Positions 26,847-32,000 of a stretch of 32,000 bases of DNA are shown here, piece by piece. A program made the translations under genes and the position numbers. The DNA comes from Okeania sp. (GTDB lineage Bacteria > Cyanobacteriota > Cyanobacteriia > Cyanobacteriales > Microcoleaceae). The stretch spans positions 18,654 to 50,653 of the forward strand of contig NZ_JAYKGW010000217.1 of the NCBI RefSeq assembly GCF_035285525.1, read 5' to 3'. Within the stretch, counting starts at the first letter, position 1, and the number at the start of each line of letters is the position of its first letter. The notes beneath the pieces were generated by a model. That model was not told where the DNA came from, searched no databases, and was given only the letters and a program-made list of their open reading frames with translations.

Positions 26847-27672
26847 TAAAAAAGAGCAAACTTTTAGGCTGTTCAGCTTCAAAAACTTAGCATTTTACGT
26901 TAACTAGAAAAGAAAAATTAAGAAACTATTTTGGCAACTACTTCCTCTGTAACTTCTTTAAATCCTTATTCTTAACTACTTCCTACTCCATACCTCCCTC
27001 AAAATACTTTGTATAAGCAAACCATAATCATTGGAAATGTCTAGTCGTAGTAGAGTTTATCAAATATAGTTTTAAGATATCAGATAAAGTCTAAACTCTT
27101 GGCTAGAAAAGATTTTAATTTGATCAATATCCTAAAACGTAAATATTTATTGCGGAATACTGCGCAAACAGTTATTAGCTTTCAGCTATCCTCCTAGCAA
27201 TAATACTCTAATTTTTTAGTAGGATTTAACTTTTAGTCAATCATAGTCTACTTAATTGACCGGGGTTTAAAAAAGCTTTTATAGCGCAAATAACGCAAAT
27301 AAATTAAGAGCAATAGCTAATAGCTAACAACTGAATACTTACCCTAAAACTTTTTTAGAGTTCTATAAATATAAATATAGATGAGATGGAGAAAATTTAT
27401 CAAGCAAGTCAGGTATATATTTTTAATAAGTATTAATAGACATCTCCATAAAAGGTTGTGAAAACTTTATTTAACTCTTCCAAAAGTAGTATTTTGGGAG
27501 ATATCTAAATAGGTTTAATTTTCACTTCCTTTTTTTCTACAATTCTTAACTAAATTTCTATTAAGAGGTTTTTTCTCTCTACAAACTTTACTTTCCGATA
27601 AGCTATTGGTAGTTAAATATTTTTCGAGATTAATATTTATATTTAAACCTCTATTAATAGTTATATTCCTTT

Positions 27673-29259
27673 CTAATGATAACTTACAGCTAAACTATCA
27701 GGTTGTCCAAGATTTCCATGCCAAACAATACCTTTTTGGTTGGCAGCTAAATGACGCAAAATTTTGTAAATTGTTTCTATTTGATCATCAGCTCCTGCTT
27801 TTTTAGCTAACTCTTCTAAAGACAAAGGAGAACTTTCCTGCTTCAGAATATTTACTACCTTTTGTTGTAATTCTAAAATTGTAGCAGCAGCTTTTTTGCC
27901 CGCCTCTACTCCTGGTTGATGATAAGCATTAATATTAACTAGAGAAGCATAAAAACCAACCGCCCGCTCATAAAGGGCAATTAACGCTCCTACATTATAA
28001 GGATTAACTTTAGGAATAGTAACTGTAATAGAACCTCGGTCTTTTTCATAAAGTGCTTGTCTAGTACCTTGAAGAAAACCAGATAAATAGTCCCCAGATG
28101 TAACCCCCGCTTCTATTTCTGGAGAAATGCCTTGACGATCTTCCAGAACTTCAATAAAAGTAAGAAAGAAATTAGAGACGCCTTCTCGTAACTGTTGTAC
28201 ATAAGCGTGTTGATCTGTGGAACCCTTATTACCATAGACGGCAATACCCTGGTTAACTATATTACCATCTAGGTCTTTTTCTTTACCCAAAGATTCCATA
28301 ACTAACTGTTGTAGATATCTACTAAATAGTAGTAGACTATCCTTGTATGGTAAGACTACCATATCTTTTTCCCCACGACCATTACCTACAGCATACCAAC
28401 TTAAAGCTAATAAAGCTGAGGGGTTATCCTTGATGTCATGTTTGCGAGTAGCTATGTCCATTTCTTGAGCGCCAGCCAGCATAGCCCGAATGTCAATTCC
28501 TTGCAGTGCTGCGGGTAGCAAACCAACGGAAGAGAGTTCGGAAGTCCGTCCACCTACCCAATCTGCCATCGGGATAATATCTATCCATTCTTCAGATTTG
28601 GCAATTTTACCTAGTTTACTATTAGGAGTGGTAATCGCGACAGCTTGATTGGCAAATTTTAAGTTTTCAGATGCAAAAGCAGCTTTGACCTCGATCATAC
28701 CATTCCGAGGTTCTGGGGTGCCTCCAGATTTAGAGATGACTATAACTAGGGTACTTTTGAGGCGATCGCCGATTTTGTGGATTACCCGGTCTATACCTAC
28801 TGGGTCTGTGTTATCTATGAAGTGTATTTCCATTGGTGGGTCATCTAGACCAAGAGCTTCGGCGACAAATTGAGGGCCTAAGGCTGAACCACCAATACCA
28901 ATGGACAGAATATCTGTAAATTTAGCAGCATTATTAGGTTTAATTTCTCCACTATGGACTTTTTTAACAAAAGTTTCAATTTGTTCAATAGTTTGGACAA
29001 CTTCCTGTTTAATTTCAGGAGTAGGAGCAATATTAGGGTCTCTGAGCCAATAATGGCCAACCATTCGATTTTCATCTGGATTAGCGATCGCCCCTTTTTC
29101 TAAAGCGTCCATATCTTGGAAAGCTTTGGTAAATTTAGGCTTCATTGTCTCAACAAAAGAGTGGTCAAATTTAATACGACTTATATCAACATAAAATCCT
29201 AATCCTTGGTGATAGTAAAGCCAGTCAATATAACGTTGCCAGAGTGCTTTTGATTCCAT
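27673..29259 (-). CDS. pgi: Glucose-6-phosphate isomerase
   Basis: [17 protein letters not shown] and [12 protein letters not shown] motifs. I prefer the ATG at 29259 ([17 protein letters not shown]) over the TTG at 29277 given in the ORF track. Confidence 0.95.
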   Translation of the reverse strand: MESKALWQRYIDWLYYHQGLGFYVDISRIKFDHSFVETMKPKFTKAFQDMDALEKGAIANPDENRMVGHYWLRDPNIAPTPEIKQEVVQTIEQIETFVKKVHSGEIKPNNAAKFTDILSIGIGGSALGPQFVAEALGLDDPPMEIHFIDNTDPVGIDRVIHKIGDRLKSTLVIVISKSGGTPEPRNGMIEVKAAFASENLKFANQAVAITTPNSKLGKIAKSEEWIDIIPMADWVGGRTSELSSVGLLPAALQGIDIRAMLAGAQEMDIATRKHDIKDNPSALLALSWYAVGNGRGEKDMVVLPYKDSLLLFSRYLQQLVMESLGKEKDLDGNIVNQGIAVYGNKGSTDQHAYVQQLREGVSNFFLTFIEVLEDRQGISPEIEAGVTSGDYLSGFLQGTRQALYEKDRGSITVTIPKVNPYNVGALIALYERAVGFYASLVNINAYHQPGVEAGKKAAATILELQQKVVNILKQESSPLSLEELAKKAGADDQIETIYKILRHLAANQKGIVWHGNLGQPDSLAVSYH

Positions 29260-29312
29260 AAAAGTTAATTTATTCAATATTTTTACTTGTTTATTAATTT
29301 TAGTTTAGAAGA

Positions 29313-29570
29313 CTAAATTTCTGGCTTTGGTAAAATACGGATAAATTTAATAATTTTACCTGTTACTTCTATACCAATGAGATAATTGTCCACAGTAAAT
29401 CTATAGAAAATACCGGTGGTTCCAAGTTGCCTTAATTCTGGCAATTCTTGTAAGTAATTTATTTGACTGAATTTCATAAAAACAAAATCATATATTTTTT
29501 GGTAAGCAACAGATTCTATAACTTTAAGGTCTTCGAGAAAAGACCTAGCGTAACGAACTTCTAGGGTCAT
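29313..29570 (-). CDS. RelE/ParE-superfamily-like toxin with no adjacent antitoxin gene
   Basis: 85 aa. The pattern ...FLEDLK...LGTTGIFYRFTVDNYLIGIEVTGKIIKFIRILPKPEI follows the usual x-YR-x-R-x-G-x-YR...v-x-i-x-x-v layout of small RelE/ParE toxins. The assignment is by pattern only. Confidence 0.5.
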   Translation of the reverse strand: MTLEVRYARSFLEDLKVIESVAYQKIYDFVFMKFSQINYLQELPELRQLGTTGIFYRFTVDNYLIGIEVTGKIIKFIRILPKPEI

Positions 29571-29573
29571 TTC

Positions 29574-29660
29574 AGTTATTAGTTATTAGTTATTAGTTAT
29601 TAGTTATTAGTTATTAGTATCTCCAATTTTTCAGTTATTAGTTGTTAGTTTATCAGTTAT
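29574..29660. repeat. Heptamer array (agttatt x6 perfect, then tatctcc, the complement of ggagata, then degenerate agttatt/agttgtt/agtttat units), starting 4 nt from the toxin start codon
   Basis: Perfect units run from 29574 to 29615. tatctcc is at 29618-29624. Degenerate units run from 29633 to 29660. Confidence 0.9.
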
Positions 29661-29987
29661 AGCCATTCTCAATAGGTTGTAATATTTTATTTATGGGTTT
29701 GGAGGCACAAACACCTACAGTTTTTTATTGCAATTAATTTGATATTGGTATATTAGTATCTCCGGCTCAAGTTGGAAGTTTTAAAAATAGAAGTTTGCTT
29801 TTTTCTTGTATTTGAAAAAATAGACTTAATGCCCTATTTTTTGTCACTATCAATATAGTTTTTCTGTTGTAGTTTAATCAATAAAAATTGTTTTTACCAA
29901 TAGATAAATGATAATTAATCTATTATTTATTCCTCTGGGTTTTAACCCTATCCCTTCCTTATAAGGAACTCCTGAAACCCTGTTGAT

Positions 29988-30015
29988 GGGGGTCGGGAGA
30001 TGGGGATCTGGGGGG
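29988..30015 (+). other. Canonical G-quadruplex-forming motif GGGGG-tc-GGG-agat-GGGG-atct-GGGGGG
   Basis: Four G-runs of at least 3 separated by loops of 2, 4 and 4 nt, read directly. It sits in an otherwise AT-rich spacer. Confidence 0.6.
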
Positions 30016-30138
30016 AGAAAAGCCTCTAGTTAAATGCCTTGACTCTCCCCGAATAACCATTGAATGACAAGCTCATAACTTCTCTTTTTTGTCAATTTTT
30101 ATGTTAAGAAAGATGTTGATCAAGCATAGGTTTTAACT

Positions 30139-30193
30139 AGAGGTAATTATTCATTATTCATTATTCATTATTCATTATTCATTATTCATTAAT
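30139..30193. repeat. agaggta head followed by a heptamer array (cattatt x5 plus variants), ending 1 nt before the stop codon of the 30194 ORF
   Basis: agaggta is at 30139-30145. cattatt units start at 30152, 30159, 30166, 30173 and 30180, and cattaat is at 30187. Confidence 0.9.
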
Positions 30194-30382
30194 TTAACTA
30201 TCTTCTTTGTCAAAGTCTAATATTTGTAAAGCTTCTTCTTCAGTGAATATATCTCCTGGTTTGTGACTTCTTTTAGATTGTTGAATAGCTGCCATCATAA
30301 AATTGTCATAATGAAGTATTTTTAGATATTCCCAAGCTTTTTTTAATTCTACATCAGACATTTTTTCAATTAAAGAATACAT
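30194..30382 (-). CDS. Small hypothetical protein, antitoxin-like helical protein
   Basis: 62 aa from the ATG at 30382 (MYSLIEKMSDVELKKAWEYLKIL...), or 74 aa from the GTG at 30418 as in the ORF track. The LIEKMSDVELKKAWEYLKIL helix resembles the N-termini of small cyanobacterial addiction-module components. This is weak, pattern-only evidence. Confidence 0.35.
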   Translation of the reverse strand: MYSLIEKMSDVELKKAWEYLKILHYDNFMMAAIQQSKRSHKPGDIFTEEEALQILDFDKEDS

Positions 30383-30454
30383 CTTAATTTTGAGAAAACC
30401 AATACTATTTGATTTCACTTTCTGTTTTTCCTCTTGATAGGGAGTATTTATTAA

Positions 30455-30489
30455 TGGATAATTGATAATGGATAATTGATAATTGATAT
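30455..30489. repeat. Heptamer array (tggataa / ttgataa, 5 units) between the HNH gene and the small ORF
   Basis: Units were read at 30455, 30462, 30469, 30476 and 30483. Confidence 0.85.
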
Positions 30490-30515
30490 TAACTTGTTTT
30501 TGATAGTAATTTACT

Positions 30516-30761
30516 TTAATTACTAAACCTTCTTTGAAACCGGGGATCGAAATGATGTTTCTTTTTTTGGTTGCATTTGAAACAGAGAGTTTGCAGATTA
30601 CTCATATCATTAGTACCACTTCTAGCAAGAGGAATAATATGGTCTATAGTAAGTTCTGTTTCGGTTGAATTTTTACCACAACTTTGACAGTTATGATTGT
30701 CTCTTTCAAACACATATTTTCTAACAGCTAAAGGAATTTTTATCCGTGGTGTTTTGTGCAT
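30516..30761 (-). CDS. Stand-alone HNH endonuclease (81 aa)
   Basis: CQSCG...DHIIPLARSGTNDMSNLQTLCFKCNQKK gives two CxxC pairs flanking the H-N-(N/H) core. Confidence 0.85.
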   Translation of the reverse strand: MHKTPRIKIPLAVRKYVFERDNHNCQSCGKNSTETELTIDHIIPLARSGTNDMSNLQTLCFKCNQKKKHHFDPRFQRRFSN

Positions 30762-31080
30762 AATTAATTTGCTATAAAATTACTGAAATTAAATAATTTC
30801 ATTATATCCTTTGATGAGGCGATCGCCAAAGAAAAAGTAAATTGCGTTTGATTATGGTAGGGGTTTGGTCTCCCAACCCTCATTCCAACAAAAATCCTCA
30901 AAAAATTGATGCTTTATTTTAATTTTCGATATTATGTTGATTTTGAGTTTAATAACAAATAATAAAGTTATTAAATACTATTTACTAAAATCCTTTTTTC
31001 CTATTTGTTATTCCCTAAGATAGATAAATTTTTGGCTGTCTTCAAAATTATAAAAGATGCCAAATATATGAAGTAAATAT

Positions 31081-31140
31081 ATTAATAATTGAATGTTCAT
31101 AAGTAGGGAGCATCTTCCACCCGTGAGCGTACTTCACCAA
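31081..31140 (-). repeat. Dispersed repeat, family A copy (inverted)
   Basis: The reverse complement reads ggtgaagtacgctcacgggtggaagatgctccctacttatgaacattcaattattaat. It matches the ggtgaagtac head of 1402-1490 and the ccctacttatgaa..ttaattattaa block of 25938-26050. Confidence 0.55.
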
Positions 31141-31194
31141 TGTAGAATTAGCTATAAAATGTACTCTATAAATTTAGGTTTTTCTGGAAAATTT

Positions 31195-31566
31195 TTACTT
31201 ATCTTCTGGTTTAATTTTCTGACGTAAATCATCAAGTGGGGAAACTTCTTTGTCTTCTGCAAATTGATTATTGAAGTCGCTTTCTTTTGTCTCAATATTT
31301 TTAGGTTAAAACTCAATAGTTATTCTTATTTTTCATCTTTGCCAGCTTTTTGCACCTGGTTTTAATATTTTACAATCTATTCCGTTAGTTAACCAATTTT
31401 CTCTTCCTTCTGTTAGTTATGTTTGAAGAGCTTTTTTCATTTATGTGAGAAATTCATGGAGGGTAAAAGTCCGATTTTTGACAAAGACTTCGTTTTCATA
31501 AACAGAGACAACATCTTCTTTAGATAAGAATATTTTTTGATTAATTTTTGTTTGCCTTTTGTGGGT
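31195..31566 (-). pseudogene. Degraded KGK-like paralog: 124 codons in one frame with four in-frame stops and no start codon
   Basis: The minus-strand frame reads THKRQTKINQKIFLSKEDVVSVYENEVFVKNRTFTLHEFLT*MKKALQT*LTEGRENWLTNGIDCKILKPGAKSWQR*KIRITIEF*PKNIETKESDFNNQFAEDKEVSPLDDLRQKIKPEDK*. The internal stops are at 31441-31443, 31417-31419, 31333-31335 and 31306-31308. The TGA replaces the G of the KGK motif. Confidence 0.65.
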
Positions 31567-31720
31567 TTACAATAAATTTATTAGCGGGGTTAGTTGTTAC
31601 AATGTCTGAGTTTTTGGCAGAATGTTTTTGGTTCTATTACTCCTTCTTTTTTCAGAAAAATAAATCTCTAGGATGAAAAAAATATCGTGCATAAATTAAT
31701 TTTATCTCAGAAAGTATCTA

Positions 31721-32000
31721 CTAATTTTCCTGATTAAACTTTTGCCGTAAATCATCAAGTGGAGATACTTCTGTTTCCAGATATTCTGAATTATTATCAC
31801 CAAAATTTTCTGACTGACTTAATTCTTTTTGTTCGATTTTTGCTTCAGGTTCATCAAGGCAAAATTGTACAGAAAATTTTACTAGAATTTTCTCTGACTA
31901 CATTTTTGAATAAATCTGGAATATGTAGCAGAAAAAATCTTCTATATAAATCAACTTTTTGATAAAAAAGTTTCTCAAACATTAGTTAGTAGTAGTGCTT
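31721..32000 (-). pseudogene. Second degraded KGK-like paralog (frameshifted, internally deleted; the 5' end is beyond the window)
   Basis: The tail frame reads ...VKFSVQFCLDEPEAKIEQKELSQSENFGDNNSEYLETEVSPLDDLRQKFNQEN*, with the stop at 31721-31723. A different frame carries TAA-CTA-ATG-FEKLFYQKV... (ATG at 31982-31980), which parallels TAG-TTG-VVEKVRSS at 1010-1005. Confidence 0.5.

Noticed and set aside
29313-32000. A complete novel defence or mobile system in the accessory-looking end of the window
   Set aside because: Only three very small genes plus pseudogene debris are present. There is no ATPase, reverse transcriptase, integrase, transposase, methylase or other large effector. I report it as a weak lead (toxin-like ORF, HNH plus small ORF) rather than as a system.

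Overview
This is an AT-rich, HIP1-rich (GCGATCGC) cyanobacterial chromosomal segment. Only about two thirds of it is coding, and the spacers are crowded with short tandem heptanucleotide arrays and small dispersed hairpin repeats. That style suggests a Trichodesmium-like filamentous cyanobacterium, but this is inference and cannot be verified here. Bases 1-14.8 kb hold an unusually complete phylloquinone (men) cluster: DHNA-CoA thioesterase fragment, menE, menC, menH, menA, menF and menD. Interleaved with it are panE, a frameshifted SAM-methyltransferase, msrB, a VOC-like gene and a KGK-like gene. Bases 15-29 kb are housekeeping genes: grxC, vipp1, thiL, gap2, murC, murB, ybaB, a low-molecular-weight (LMW) tyrosine phosphatase, a NarL-type response regulator and pgi. 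Bases 29.3-32 kb look accessory or decayed. They contain an orphan RelE/ParE-like toxin, a small antitoxin-like ORF, a stand-alone HNH endonuclease and two degraded KGK-like paralogs. I found no rRNA, tRNA, CRISPR array, transposase or integrase. I see no convincing new multi-gene system. The most unusual signals are three. (1) A KGK-like gene family is interrupted by an in-frame stop at the same junction in all three copies in the window. (2) The heptamer arrays are polar, carry a conserved AGAGGTA-type head motif, abut CDS boundaries, and twice appear to donate the start-codon context. (3) Repeat pairs bracket single housekeeping genes (thiL, gap2). All coordinates were counted by hand from the numbered sequence. 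All family assignments rest on remembered motifs, not on searches.
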